Shown: piece by piece, positions 20,851-30,756 of the stretch
Position numbering within the stretch: position 1 is the stretch's first letter
How the letters are laid out: each line of letters begins with the position of its first letter
NCBI RefSeq assembly: GCF_963974615.1
Contig: NZ_CAXBDH010000012.1
Coordinates: 29,270 to 93,269 of the forward strand
Length of the DNA stretch: 64,000 nt
From: an uncultured Brevundimonas sp.
Lineage (GTDB): Bacteria; Pseudomonadota; Alphaproteobacteria; Caulobacterales; Caulobacteraceae
Direction: 5' to 3'
Notes under the pieces: model-generated
Database searches by the model: none
What the model was told of the DNA's origin: nothing
What the model saw: the letters and a program-made list of their open reading frames with translations, nothing else
Translations under genes and position numbers: made by a program

Positions 20851-21347
20851 TCTGGCGTCTCCGTCGCGATTCCATAGCGGCCGCGGAAATAGGTCAGGGC
20901 ATCGCCGGGCCGGCTCTCGAACCGCTGCACCGCGCCGACGATGACCAGATGGTCGCCCATGCGGATCTGCTCGTGGGTCAGGCAGTCCAGTCGCACCAGG
21001 GCGTTGCGTAGTCGCGGCGGCTTGGCGCTGTCGGTGTCGAACTCCTCGGGTGACAGCCGGCAGGTGCCCCAGGCGAAGCGGTCGGACATCTCGCGATCCT
21101 CGACCGGCAGGACATGCACCGCGAATCGCGTCGCCGCCGCGAACAGATCGTGGCGTTCCGAGCTTTCGTCCAGGCACCACAGGATCAGCGGTGGATCCAG
21201 TGACACCGAGGTGAAGGAATTGACGGTGATGCCAAAGGCCCCTTCGGGCGACTGGGCCGTGACCACACAGACACCGGTGGCGAAACCGCCCAGGGCCCGG
21301 CGATAGTCCAGACGGTCGAACAGGGGAATGGCGGCGGGCTGGATCAC
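20847..21347 (-). CDS. Flavin reductase family protein (FMN-binding split barrel)
   Basis: YRRALGGFATGVCVVT...NSFTSVSLDPPLILWCL is the typical flavin reductase domain signature. Confidence 0.8.
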   Translation of the reverse strand: MIQPAAIPLFDRLDYRRALGGFATGVCVVTAQSPEGAFGITVNSFTSVSLDPPLILWCLDESSERHDLFAAATRFAVHVLPVEDREMSDRFAWGTCRLSPEEFDTDSAKPPRLRNALVRLDCLTHEQIRMGDHLVIVGAVQRFESRPGDALTYFRGRYGIATETPE

Positions 21348-21516
21348 CCTGAACGACTAGGCGAGGCCCCCGCTTCGGGCAAGGGCGCGCCGGCAAACCG
21401 ATACCAATATGCCCCGGTGCCGGGCGATGCGCGGGCTTCGTCCGGCCATGCAAACCGCTTCTTAATACCGTGCGGCGACCTTACCCCTAACGAACAGCGT
21501 TAAGAGTAGCCGCTCC

Positions 21517-22419
21517 ATGTCCCTGAGCGATCGTCCGATCGTCATCAAGAAGATCAAGAAGGTCGTCGGCGGCGGCCACCATGGTGGCGCGTGGAAGGTG
21601 GCCTATGCCGACTTCGTCACGGCGATGATGGCCTTCTTCCTGCTGATGTGGCTGATCAACATGACCGATCCCGAGCAGAAGCGCGGCATTGCCGAATATT
21701 TCGCCCCCGCCAGCGTGTCCCAGTCGACCTCGGGTTCGGGCGGCATTCTCGGCGGCACCTCGCTGGGCGAGGACGGGTCCAGGAGTTCCGGCAGTATGGA
21801 TGTCGCCAGCGCCCTGGCCCCCGAAACGCCGCCAGAACCCAATGCCGGCACCGGACAGGGAGCCAATCTGTCGGCCGCCAGCGAGTCTGATTTGCGCGAG
21901 GAGATCGCCCGCCGCGAGGCCGCCGATTTCGCCAGCGCCGCCGCCTCCCTGCGCCAGGCCATGCAATCCATGCCGGAACTGGCCGAGCTGTCGAAACAGC
22001 TGATCGTCGACCAGACGCCTGAAGGCCTGCGCATCCAGCTGGTCGATCAGGAAGGCCGCTCGATGTTCGAGGAGAATTCCGCCCGCCCCAACGCTCGGGC
22101 CCAGATCCTGCTGCGGGCGATTTCCCGCGTTATCAACCAGCTCCCCAACCGCATTTCGGTGACCGGCCACACCAGCGCCGTCCCCGGTTCCAACCGGGCC
22201 ACGCGACCGGCAGACTGGACCCTGTCGTCCGGGCGGGCCGATGCCTCGCGTCTGATCCTTCAGGGAGCCGGCGTCGATCCGGACCGCGTCTATCAGGTCT
22301 CGGGCAAGGCCGGTTCCGACCCCCTCTATCCGGATGATCCGACCCTGGCCGGCAACCGCCGCATCGCCATCATTCTGCTGCGCGAGGCCCCGGTCCTGCC
22401 TACGGACACCAGCCTGTGA
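21517..22419 (+). CDS. motB: Flagellar motor stator protein MotB (OmpA-like C-terminal domain)
   Basis: N-terminus IVIKKIKKVVGGGHHGGAWKVAYADFVTAMMAFFLLMW carries the conserved Asp-containing TM plug. The C-terminal OmpA-like region includes NRRIAIILL. No motA is adjacent. Confidence 0.85.
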   Translation: MSLSDRPIVIKKIKKVVGGGHHGGAWKVAYADFVTAMMAFFLLMWLINMTDPEQKRGIAEYFAPASVSQSTSGSGGILGGTSLGEDGSRSSGSMDVASALAPETPPEPNAGTGQGANLSAASESDLREEIARREAADFASAAASLRQAMQSMPELAELSKQLIVDQTPEGLRIQLVDQEGRSMFEENSARPNARAQILLRAISRVINQLPNRISVTGHTSAVPGSNRATRPADWTLSSGRADASRLILQGAGVDPDRVYQVSGKAGSDPLYPDDPTLAGNRRIAIILLREAPVLPTDTSL

Positions 22420-22546
22420 TCGCGATGCACCATCCCCTTCGGCTGGTGCACGAACAGGCTTGCTCCGGCGCGATGTCTGCCGCCAGATCGGATCATGGGA
22501 TCGCCGGCGCCAAATTGTTGTCGAAATCGCGTGTGGACTTGACGCC

Positions 22547-23323
22547 GTGACGCAGCATGTCCCCCATCGCCAGGTTCGCTTCTTTATGACGGCAACCGCG
22601 CCCTGCCCCTATCTGCCGGGCCAGATGGAGCGGAAGGTCTTCGCCAATCTGCCATTCAGCGACGGGGCCTGGGTCAATGACGAACTGACCCAGGCGGGAT
22701 TCCGCCGCAGCCAGAACATCGCCTATCGCCCGGCCTGCGAGACCTGCGACGCCTGTGTCTCGGTGCGGCTGCCGGTCCGTGAATTCGTTTTCTCAAGAAA
22801 CCAACGCAAGATCCTGAAACGGAACGCTGATCTGTCGCGCGATCTGGTCGAGGCCGAGGCTACGACCGAACAGTTCGACCTGTTGCGTCGCTATCTGCTG
22901 GCCCGCCACCCCGGCGGCGGCATGACCGACATGGGCTGGCTCGACTATGTCGCCATGGTCGAGGACACGGCCGTACGCACCCATCTGATCGAATTTCGCA
23001 AGCCGTCCGTCGATGGTGGCCCCGGCGATCTGGTCGGGGTCTGTTTGACCGACCTGCTCGGCGACGGGTTGTCGATGGTCTACAGCTTCTTCGACCCCGA
23101 TCTCGACCGGCGCAGTCTCGGGGTCTTCGCCATCCTCGACCACCTCCGCCAGGCCGCCACTGTGGACCTGCCCTATCTCTATCTCGGCTACTGGGTGCGG
23201 GGCGCTGCCCGGATGGAATACAAGGCCCGGTTCCGGCCGATGGATGCCCTGACCCGGCGCGGTTGGGAACGTCTGCCGGACATCCCGGCCACCGTCCTCG
23301 TGGACCAGGACTCCGGGGGCTGA
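22547..23323 (+). CDS. bpt: Arginyltransferase-family aminoacyl-tRNA-protein transferase (bacterial Bpt)
   Basis: GTG start gives MTQHVPHRQVRFFMTATAPCPYLPGQMERK..., with FRRSQNIAYRPACETCDACVSVR and YLYLGYW motifs characteristic of the ATE/Bpt family. Confidence 0.85.
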   Translation: MTQHVPHRQVRFFMTATAPCPYLPGQMERKVFANLPFSDGAWVNDELTQAGFRRSQNIAYRPACETCDACVSVRLPVREFVFSRNQRKILKRNADLSRDLVEAEATTEQFDLLRRYLLARHPGGGMTDMGWLDYVAMVEDTAVRTHLIEFRKPSVDGGPGDLVGVCLTDLLGDGLSMVYSFFDPDLDRRSLGVFAILDHLRQAATVDLPYLYLGYWVRGAARMEYKARFRPMDALTRRGWERLPDIPATVLVDQDSGG

Positions 23324-23333
23324 TAGCGGCGGT

Positions 23334-24359
23334 TCAGCCTGCGGTCGGTACCGAGGTCCAGAAGCCGGGCGGCGGGGACGGTTCGCCTGTCCACGGCCCC
23401 GGATCACGCCCTCCGGCGAATTTCACCAGGGCCGCGACCCGACTGTCGACCGACGGATGGGTGGCGAACAGGCCTTCCAGACCGCGGCCGTCGGGCTGGT
23501 TGTCGAGGAACATCAACTGCACTTCGTCCGGCGCGCGCACATTGGAACGTCCCTCGATCTTGCGCAGGGCCGAGATCATGGCGTCCGGGTTCTTGGTCAG
23601 CTCGACCGACCCCGCGTCGGCCACATACTCGCGCGTCCGCGACAGCATCATGCGGATGAAGAAGGCCAGGCCGAACCCGATCGCCGCGATGGCAATACCG
23701 ATCAGGATCAGTGGCCCGGCATTCTTGTTGTTCCGACCCCCGCCGCGGCTGAAGAACAGTCCGCGCACCACCAGTTCGGCGATGACGCTGATGATCCCCG
23801 CGAAGATCGAGGCGATCACCATGGTGCGCACGTCCTTGTTGATGACGTGGGTCATCTCATGCGCCAGCACCGCCTCCAGCTCGTCGCGGTTCATCGCCTG
23901 CATCAGGCCGCGGGTGACGGTGACGCTGTAGCGGCCCTCATGCAGGCCCGAGGCATAGGCGTTCATCCCCTCGGTCTCGATGATACGCAGCGTCGGCGTC
24001 TTCATCCCGCGCGAGATCGCCAGGTTTTCCAGCAGATTGTACAACTCGGGCTCGACCCGCCGTTCGACCTTCCGGGCCCCGGTCATGGCGTCGATCATGG
24101 TCTGGCTGCCGAAATAGGCGATGGCGAACCATATAGCGGCGACGACCAGCGCTGCGGGAACGGTCCAGCCCAGCATACCGGCCGCCAGGGCCATGTCGGC
24201 CCCCAGGCTGCCGCCGCTGCCCTGGATCATGCCCATCCCCATCAGGATCAGCTGAATCCCGTACAGGATGCCGACCAGCAGGACGGGGAACCCGGCCAGC
24301 AGCAGGGCTGACCGGGTGTTGTTGGCCCAGATGTGGGTCTTGAGACCGACGGCAGCCAT
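23334..24359 (-). CDS. M48 family zinc metallopeptidase (HtpX-like, membrane)
   Basis: HEMTHV (HExxH), four hydrophobic helices, and a Pro-rich C-terminal tail. Confidence 0.8.
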   Translation of the reverse strand: MAAVGLKTHIWANNTRSALLLAGFPVLLVGILYGIQLILMGMGMIQGSGGSLGADMALAAGMLGWTVPAALVVAAIWFAIAYFGSQTMIDAMTGARKVERRVEPELYNLLENLAISRGMKTPTLRIIETEGMNAYASGLHEGRYSVTVTRGLMQAMNRDELEAVLAHEMTHVINKDVRTMVIASIFAGIISVIAELVVRGLFFSRGGGRNNKNAGPLILIGIAIAAIGFGLAFFIRMMLSRTREYVADAGSVELTKNPDAMISALRKIEGRSNVRAPDEVQLMFLDNQPDGRGLEGLFATHPSVDSRVAALVKFAGGRDPGPWTGEPSPPPGFWTSVPTAG

Positions 24360-24362
24360 GGC

Positions 24363-24938
24363 TTACGCTTGGAAATTCACCGTCGGGGGGGCGGCGTTCA
24401 TGGTCGCGCGCTCGCCCTTGCCGACGTCGAAGAACGGCTTGTCCGTGCCGAACCCGACCATCCCGGCGAACAGCACGGTCGGAAACTGCCGGCGGATGGC
24501 GTTGAACTCGGACACGGCATTGTTGAAGAAGCGCCGCGCCGCGGCCAGCTTGTTCTCGATGTCTGACAGATCGGCCTGCATCTGCAGGAAATTGGTGTTG
24601 GCCTTCAGGTCCGGATAGGCCTCGGACAGGGCGAACAGCTTGCCCAGCGCCCCGGTCAGCATGTTCTCGGCCTGGACCTTGTCATTGACCGAATTGGCCG
24701 AGGTCGCGGCGTTGCGCGCCTGGATGACGGCGTCCAGCGTCCCCTTCTCATGGGCCGCGTAGCCCTTCACCGTTTCGATCAGATTGGGGATCAGGTCCTG
24801 ACGCTGTTTCAGTTGCACGTCGATGTCGGCGAACGACTGGTTGGCGGTCTGATCCAGTGCGACGAGCCGGTTATAGGCCCCGACCACAACGAACAGCAGC
24901 AGAACGACGATGACGCCGACGACGATCAAGGTAGTCAT
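24363..24938 (-). CDS. lemA: LemA family protein
   Basis: N-terminal TM, then the LemA signature (YNRLVALDQ..., QRQDLIPNLIETVKGYAAHE, AARRFFNNAVSEFN). Ends 3 nt upstream of the M48 peptidase start. Confidence 0.85.
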   Translation of the reverse strand: MTTLIVVGVIVVLLLFVVVGAYNRLVALDQTANQSFADIDVQLKQRQDLIPNLIETVKGYAAHEKGTLDAVIQARNAATSANSVNDKVQAENMLTGALGKLFALSEAYPDLKANTNFLQMQADLSDIENKLAAARRFFNNAVSEFNAIRRQFPTVLFAGMVGFGTDKPFFDVGKGERATMNAAPPTVNFQA

Positions 24939-25007
24939 TTGCAGGCTCCTTCAGACTTGAAGCGCCACTATCGCGCGAATGCCGAACTGCCTCCAATGAA
25001 ATCGGCG

Positions 25008-27209
25008 TCACCTGAATTTGCGCAGGCCCCGCGGTCCCATCCGTCCGGCTCCAGCCCGCTTGCCCAGCCAGTCCTTCCAGTCCGGCCAGTTGCGCCGCCG
25101 CCCGCCGCCGTCGGTCCATTCCGGCCCCGGTTCGGCGTTGAATACGGTCAGGTCCTGCAGTCCGCCCTGCTTGTACGACTGCAGCTTGACCCCCTTGCCG
25201 CGGCCCATCTCGGGCAGTTCGGCCAGCGGGAAGATCAGGGCCTTCAGGTTCTCACCCAGCGTCGCGATGTGGTCCCCCGTGACCCGCAGGGCCGCCAGAA
25301 GTTCACCGTTCAGCACCTGTTTGCCGCCGCGCTTCTGGGCCAGCAGGTCGTCTTCCGGCGCGATGAAGCCGTATCCGGCCTTTGACGCCACCAGCAGTTT
25401 TGCCCCCGGCTGATGCGCCAGTACGGCGACGATCCCGGCGCTCTCGTCGAGGTCGATCATCAGCCGCAGGGGCTCACCGTGTCCGCGACCGGATGCCAGC
25501 TTGTCGGCCCCGATGGTGAAGATACGCCCGTCCGACGCCGCCACCAGTATCTTGTCCGTGGTGAAGGCCGGCTCGAGAAAGGCCAGGGCGTCGCCCTCCT
25601 TGAATTTCAGCTCCGACGGGTCCTCGACCTTGCCCTTGGCCGCCCGGATCCAGCCGCGTTCGGACAGGATGACGGTGATCGCCTCGCGCGGGATGAAGGC
25701 CTCGACCGGGGCATAGGCTGAAACGTCGACGGCTTCGGCGATCGTGGTCCGACGTGGCGACACCAGCGCCTTGCGCACCAGCTCCAGCTCCTTGGCGATG
25801 GCCTTCCACTGTTTGGCCGGCGACGACGACAGCGCCTGCAATGCGGCAAGCTCCTCGGCCAGAGTCTTGTATTCCTTCTCGATCGTCATTTCCTCGATCC
25901 GCGCCAGCTGGCGCAGTCGGGTATCGAGGATGAAATCGGCCTGCAGCTCCGACAGGCCGAAGCGCGCGATCAGCACCGCCTTGGGCTGCTCCTCCTCGCG
26001 GACGATACGAATGACCTCGTCGAGGTTGAGGAAGACGATCCGCAGCCCTTCCAGCAGGTGCAGCCGCTTCTCGACCCGGTCAATGCGCCAGTTCGAACGC
26101 CGCACCAGCACGTCACGGCGGTGATCGAGGAAGGCCTGCAGACAGGCCTTCAGCCCCATCACCCCGGGTGTTCCGCTGGCGTCCAGCACGTTCATATTGA
26201 TCGGAAAACGTACCTCGAGGTCGGACAGCTTGAACAGGCTCTCCATCAGCACCTCGGGCTCGACCGTGCGCGACTTGGGCTCGATGACCAGCCGGATATC
26301 CTCGGCCGATTCGTCGCGCACATCGCCCAGCAGCGGGGCCTTCTTCTGGTCGATCAGATCGGCCAGCCCCTCGATCAGCCGGCTCTTCTGCACCTGATAG
26401 GGCATCTCGGTGACGATGATCCGCCACACGCCCCGGCCCAGGTCCTCGGTCTCCCACCGTGCCCGCAACCGCACGCCACCGCGCCCGGTCTCATAGGCGT
26501 CGAGGATCGAGGCGTGGCCCTCGACCGCCACCCCGCCGGTCGGGAAATCCGGTCCCGGTACGATGCTGGCCAGTTCCTCCGTCGTCGCCTCCGGGCGCTC
26601 CAGCAGCAGGAAGCAGGCGTCGATCAGCTCGCCGACATTGTGCGGCGGGATCGAGGTGGCCATGCCGACGGCGATGCCGGAACTGCCGTTGGCCAACAGA
26701 TTGGGAAAGCCCGCGGGCAGGACGACCGGCTCTTCGTCCTGATCGTCATAGGTGGGTCGGAAGTCGACAGAATCCTGATCGATGCCGTCCATCAGCAGAA
26801 CGGCGGCGGCCGTCAGCTTGCACTCGGTGTAGCGCATGGCCGCGGCGTTATCGCCGTCGATGTTACCGAAATTGCCCTGACCGTCGACCAGCGGATAGCG
26901 CTGGGCGAAATCCTGGGCCAGACGGACCAGCGCGTCATAGATCGAGGCGTCGCCGTGCGGGTGATAGCCACCCATGACCTCGCCGACAACCTTGGCGCAT
27001 TTGCGCGCTGCCGCCTGCGGGTTCAGCCGCATCTGGTGCATGGCGTACATGATGCGCCGGTGCACCGGCTTGAAGCCATCGCGCACGTCCGGCAGGGCCC
27101 GGTTGGTGATGGTCGACAGGGCGTAGGCCAGATAGCGCTTGGACAGGGCGTCGCCCATCGGCTCGTCGACGATGCGGCCGCCTTCGGGCGGAGGAGTGTG
27201 AACGGTCAT
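25008..27209 (-). CDS. parC: DNA topoisomerase IV subunit A
   Basis: GyrA/ParC motifs ([29 protein letters not shown] catalytic Tyr region). At 733 aa and without a GyrA box, ParC is favoured. Confidence 0.9.
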   Translation of the reverse strand: MTVHTPPPEGGRIVDEPMGDALSKRYLAYALSTITNRALPDVRDGFKPVHRRIMYAMHQMRLNPQAAARKCAKVVGEVMGGYHPHGDASIYDALVRLAQDFAQRYPLVDGQGNFGNIDGDNAAAMRYTECKLTAAAVLLMDGIDQDSVDFRPTYDDQDEEPVVLPAGFPNLLANGSSGIAVGMATSIPPHNVGELIDACFLLLERPEATTEELASIVPGPDFPTGGVAVEGHASILDAYETGRGGVRLRARWETEDLGRGVWRIIVTEMPYQVQKSRLIEGLADLIDQKKAPLLGDVRDESAEDIRLVIEPKSRTVEPEVLMESLFKLSDLEVRFPINMNVLDASGTPGVMGLKACLQAFLDHRRDVLVRRSNWRIDRVEKRLHLLEGLRIVFLNLDEVIRIVREEEQPKAVLIARFGLSELQADFILDTRLRQLARIEEMTIEKEYKTLAEELAALQALSSSPAKQWKAIAKELELVRKALVSPRRTTIAEAVDVSAYAPVEAFIPREAITVILSERGWIRAAKGKVEDPSELKFKEGDALAFLEPAFTTDKILVAASDGRIFTIGADKLASGRGHGEPLRLMIDLDESAGIVAVLAHQPGAKLLVASKAGYGFIAPEDDLLAQKRGGKQVLNGELLAALRVTGDHIATLGENLKALIFPLAELPEMGRGKGVKLQSYKQGGLQDLTVFNAEPGPEWTDGGGRRRNWPDWKDWLGKRAGAGRMGPRGLRKFR

Positions 27210-27269
27210 GCAACTTCGAATCAGGGATGCGGAGCCGGAAGTCTAGAGCAACCAGGCTTCAGCGGTGGA

Positions 27270-27605
27270 TCATTGCCGTTCGTCGGCACAGGCGACGCAG
27301 ACGGCCGCACAGGGATCCAGCGCCAGGCGCGCGGCAGGGATCGCCTCGCCGCAGTCATTGCAGAAGCCATAGTCCCCCGCGGCCAGCCGGGTCAGGGCCG
27401 CGTCGAGGCGGCGCACCTGAAGTCCGCGTTGGGCATCAGCCGCCTGGGCCATGGCCTGCATCTGCAGCGCATCCTGACGCGACAGCCGTCCGACGCTCTG
27501 TTGATCCAGTTCCACCGGACGACGGTTGTCGGCCGCGCCTTCCCGCAGGGTGACGAGCTCCTGTTTCAGGGCTTCAAGGCGGCGACGGATCCCGGTGTCA
27601 GTCAT
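27270..27605 (-). CDS. DksA/TraR family C4-type zinc finger protein
   Basis: Coiled-coil N-terminus, then a CNDC...CVAC four-Cys finger. 111 aa. Confidence 0.8.
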   Translation of the reverse strand: MTDTGIRRRLEALKQELVTLREGAADNRRPVELDQQSVGRLSRQDALQMQAMAQAADAQRGLQVRRLDAALTRLAAGDYGFCNDCGEAIPAARLALDPCAAVCVACADERQ

Positions 27606-27642
27606 CCGGACAGCTAATCCCGATCTCGCCGGTCCCGCAAAT

Positions 27643-28374
27643 CTACAGCCGGTCCATCTCTCCCAGCTTGTCGATCATCCAGACCCGGGCCGCGGGGATC
27701 GGCCGGTTTTGCGGATGAAACACGAACTGTTCGAGAAAATGCCCGGTCAGGGCCAGTCCGGCCCCGACGTCGCCCGGCCCCAGTCCCGCCTGCGCCCCCA
27801 GCATGAAGGGCGGCAGCACCAGCAGCTTGTCGGCATAGGGTGCACCCGCGTCGCGGCTGACCGCCCGGCCAGTGCGCGGGCTGACCCAGACCAGATCGTC
27901 CATCGACCCGCTGACGGCGCAGCTGGACAGGTCGAGGCCAAAGCCCAGATCCTCCAGCAGACCGGCCTCGAACCGCACGAAGACGGCCGGCCAGACCTCG
28001 GGCAGGGCAAAGGCCGCCATCAGGGCTTCGAACGCCAGAAAGGCTCCCGGATGGGGCTCACGCTCCGGCAGGGCCCCTTGTGCGACCGCGGCGGCGGCGG
28101 CCAGGCCGGTCAGGGCCATGGAATCCTCGAACAGGGCGCTGGGCCCCTCGCCTACCGCCTCCAGCCGGGCCGAACCCAGATGGTCCGAGGTCCGGGCACG
28201 ATAGTCGGCGATGACCCGGGCCCCGGGCTGCAGGAAGGGTTTCATCTTGCGCGAGGCCCCGCCGGCCACATAGGCGGCCCGCCGCCCGTGGCTCTCGGTC
28301 AGCAGTTCGACCACCACGCCGGTGTCCCCGTGTGACCGGGCCGACAGGACGAAGGCTTCCTCGTTGAAATCCAT
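27643..28374 (-). CDS. recO: DNA repair protein RecO
   Basis: RecO-like N-terminal OB region (EEAFVLSARSHGDTGVVVELLT) at RecO length. Lies in the era/recO neighbourhood. Confidence 0.85.
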   Translation of the reverse strand: MDFNEEAFVLSARSHGDTGVVVELLTESHGRRAAYVAGGASRKMKPFLQPGARVIADYRARTSDHLGSARLEAVGEGPSALFEDSMALTGLAAAAAVAQGALPEREPHPGAFLAFEALMAAFALPEVWPAVFVRFEAGLLEDLGFGLDLSSCAVSGSMDDLVWVSPRTGRAVSRDAGAPYADKLLVLPPFMLGAQAGLGPGDVGAGLALTGHFLEQFVFHPQNRPIPAARVWMIDKLGEMDRL

Positions 28375-28425
28375 GGGCCGGTGTTAGCTGGCCGAACCGA
28401 CTATGGCTACGTGGCGACCTCTGTC

Positions 28426-29370
28426 TTATTCGGCAGCGGCCCTGATCCTGGCCGTCATGTCTCGGGCCAGGGCGTTGGGAATGGGAAAGGTCAGGGCATA
28501 GAGGGCCACGCGCCAGCGGCCATCCTCGCCGCGCACCACGACACCCGTCCCGCGACTGGTACCGTAGCTGGCACTGTCCAACGCTTCGTCGAACCAGATG
28601 ACACAACGGCACTCCAGTGGAACCATGCTGAGCGAGCGCGAGCGCGGCGTGTAGGTCCAGCCCCGGCCACGGGCGAAATAGGGATCGGCATAAGCCCGGA
28701 ATTCGGCAACGCTCCAACGCTCGGATACATCGGTGCCGATGTAGACGGCATCCGGCGCGAACAGGTCGAAATAGGCCGCGCCGTCGGCCAAAGCCGCCGC
28801 CTTGTGCAAGGCATCCAGCACCGCTGCGGCGGCCAACGCCTCCGGTGCGTCGGTGACCTCGCCCGGCGCATCGATCACGGGCGTGGCCGCTTCAAAGGCA
28901 CGAATCTCGGCAGTCATCCCTTCGGCCAGATCGTTGGGAATGGGATAGCTCAAGGCATAGCGGTACACGCGCCAGTCTGCGCCTTCGCGGACCAGCACCC
29001 CCTCGCCCCGCGCTGTCCCGTAGGTCGTACTGTCCAGAACCTCGTCGAACCAGGCCACGCAGGCGCAGGGGTCCGGGGCCAGGGTCACATGGCGTTCGCG
29101 TGCCGCGTAGACCCAACCCTCACCACGCGCGAATATCGGCGCGGCCAGGGCCAGAAAACCCTCCCGGTTCCAGCGCTCCGATGTCTCGTTGCCGATCCAG
29201 ACCATGTCGGGCGCAAGACGTTCTGCCCAGGCTTCGGCGTCTGATCCTGCGGCGGCGGCATGCATCTCCTGCAGGGCTGCAGCGGCTGCCTGTTCCGGGG
29301 GATCGACCCGGTCGGCCCCGGGGGCGGGCCCGGTCAGGACGATCAGGGCTGAGGCGATGAGAGACAGCAT
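28426..29370 (-). CDS. Exported protein with two tandem NTF2/SnoaL-like domains
   Basis: Start at Met 29370 (MLSLIASALIVLTGPAPGA signal; GGAG 8 nt upstream). Two roughly 130-aa halves align at about 50% identity, by eye (…SERWNREGF…ARGEGWVY…WFDEVLDSTTYGTARGEGVLVR… vs …SERWSVAEF…ARGRGWTY…WFDEALDSASYGTSRGTGVVVR…). Confidence 0.6.
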   Translation of the reverse strand: MLSLIASALIVLTGPAPGADRVDPPEQAAAAALQEMHAAAAGSDAEAWAERLAPDMVWIGNETSERWNREGFLALAAPIFARGEGWVYAARERHVTLAPDPCACVAWFDEVLDSTTYGTARGEGVLVREGADWRVYRYALSYPIPNDLAEGMTAEIRAFEAATPVIDAPGEVTDAPEALAAAAVLDALHKAAALADGAAYFDLFAPDAVYIGTDVSERWSVAEFRAYADPYFARGRGWTYTPRSRSLSMVPLECRCVIWFDEALDSASYGTSRGTGVVVRGEDGRWRVALYALTFPIPNALARDMTARIRAAAE

Positions 29371-29463
29371 GGCGGGGCTCCGGGACGGCTCGACCATGCC
29401 TGACACCCCCCGGACGAACAATGCCATTCCGTCGGTCACCGGGACGCGGGTCCTTGCCCGGTC

Positions 29464-30756
29464 CTAGCGGGCCAGCGCTGTCGGGAACGGCCGCCCCAGG
29501 GTCTCGGCCATCGCCTGTTCAGCGATCAGGAACACCTGGTCGCGCTGGTGGTAGTTGTTGGACAGGACGATCACCGTGACATCGGCCTCAGGCTGGTAGG
29601 TCACCAGGTTACGGAACCCGGACCAGCTGCCGGTATGATAGATTTGCCGGTCCTCAAAGGCGGGCCGCACCTGCCGTCCCAGACTGTTGGCGAACAGGCC
29701 GAAGCCCCAGTCGCGCCGGACCCGTCCCCGCTCCTTGGGTGTGCTGTTCGGAGCATGATCGGCCGTCATCTGCGCATAGGCCCTGGGACTGACGACCCGG
29801 TCGTGGTGCAGGGCGCGCTCCCAGACCAGCATGTCGTCCAGAGTCGAATACAGGGCTCCGGCCCCGAAAACGATGCTGACGTTGGCGTCCTTCTGCGGCG
29901 TCAGACCGCCGGGGAAATGGGCGTAGCCGGTGACCAGATTCCGAGCCTTGCCGTCGGCGTCAGACCCCGTATCGGCCATGCCCAGCGGCGTGAAAAAGGT
30001 CCGCTGCAGATAGGTGGCCAATGACATCCCTGACGCCACTTCGACCACGGCCCCCAGCAGGTTATAGCCGGCATTATCGTAGCGAACCTTGGTTCCGGGC
30101 GGAAACTGAAGCCGGTACTGTTTTGAGTCTTCAGTTAATTCTTCGGAAGTCGCGGGCGTGACCCGCTGCAGGCCCCAGGCCGGTCGGGCCATCAGGTCCG
30201 GCACGCCCGAGGTGTGAGCCAGCAGGTGGCGCAGGCGGATCGGAGCCCAGGCTTCAGGGCATGGCTGGATCCATTTGCATAGCGGATCATCGACCGACAG
30301 CACCCCCTCGTCCTGCAGCTTCAGGATGGCGGCGGCGGTGAACTGTTTGCTGACTGAAGCCAGACGGAATCTGGACTCCAGCGCCAGGGGGCGGCCCTGC
30401 TCGTGGTCGGCCATGCCATAGACCTGACGGACCAGAACCTGATCGCCACGCGCCACCAGTACTGCCCCGCTGAATCCGCGCCCCCCGCGCGAGACCCGGT
30501 CCAGGGCTTCGGTCAATTCAGGCAGGGCCTGGACCACCTGAACGGGCGGCCGTGGAGCCGGGGTCTGGGCTGCAGCCGGGATCTCGGAGGTGACAGGTCG
30601 GCTCGAGGCGACCCCTGCCGCGACCGCCGCGCCGAGCACGGTCGCCGCAATCAGGGCCAGGGTCAGTCGCGGATGGCCACCGGCCTGTCGGGGAACATGG
30701 AACACGAAACGTCTACTCTCGTTCGATCCGGCGGCCCTTCGGCCCACCTTGCTCAA
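29464..30756 (-). CDS. Serine hydrolase, beta-lactamase/transpeptidase-like (class C/esterase family)
   Basis: SVSK (SxxK) motif in LASVSKQFTAAAI, a hydrophobic N-terminal anchor/signal, and a Tyr-x-Asn-like region (YDNAGYN). TTG start forms a TTGA overlap with the upstream gene. The start is uncertain. Confidence 0.75.
   Translation of the reverse strand: MSKVGRRAAGSNESRRFVFHVPRQAGGHPRLTLALIAATVLGAAVAAGVASSRPVTSEIPAAAQTPAPRPPVQVVQALPELTEALDRVSRGGRGFSGAVLVARGDQVLVRQVYGMADHEQGRPLALESRFRLASVSKQFTAAAILKLQDEGVLSVDDPLCKWIQPCPEAWAPIRLRHLLAHTSGVPDLMARPAWGLQRVTPATSEELTEDSKQYRLQFPPGTKVRYDNAGYNLLGAVVEVASGMSLATYLQRTFFTPLGMADTGSDADGKARNLVTGYAHFPGGLTPQKDANVSIVFGAGALYSTLDDMLVWERALHHDRVVSPRAYAQMTADHAPNSTPKERGRVRRDWGFGLFANSLGRQVRPAFEDRQIYHTGSWSGFRNLVTYQPEADVTVIVLSNNYHQRDQVFLIAEQAMAETLGRPFPTALAR

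Noticed and set aside
19978-21453. 491-aa ORF, and similarly 44594-46201 (535 aa), 14437-15684, 30753-31562 and 46356-47273, suggesting large N-terminally extended or fused proteins.
   Set aside because: The extensions run through the upstream gene in another frame and are Arg/Pro/Gly-rich. Conserved N-termini and 1-nt or 4-nt stop/start overlaps identify the real, shorter starts.
21348-21516. Sigma-54 (-24/-12) or CtrA (TTAA-N7-TTAA) site upstream of motB.
   Set aside because: The closest GG...GC candidate (GGCCATGCAAACCGC) has 11-nt instead of 10-nt spacing and a poor flanking match. TTAA motifs lack a correctly spaced partner.
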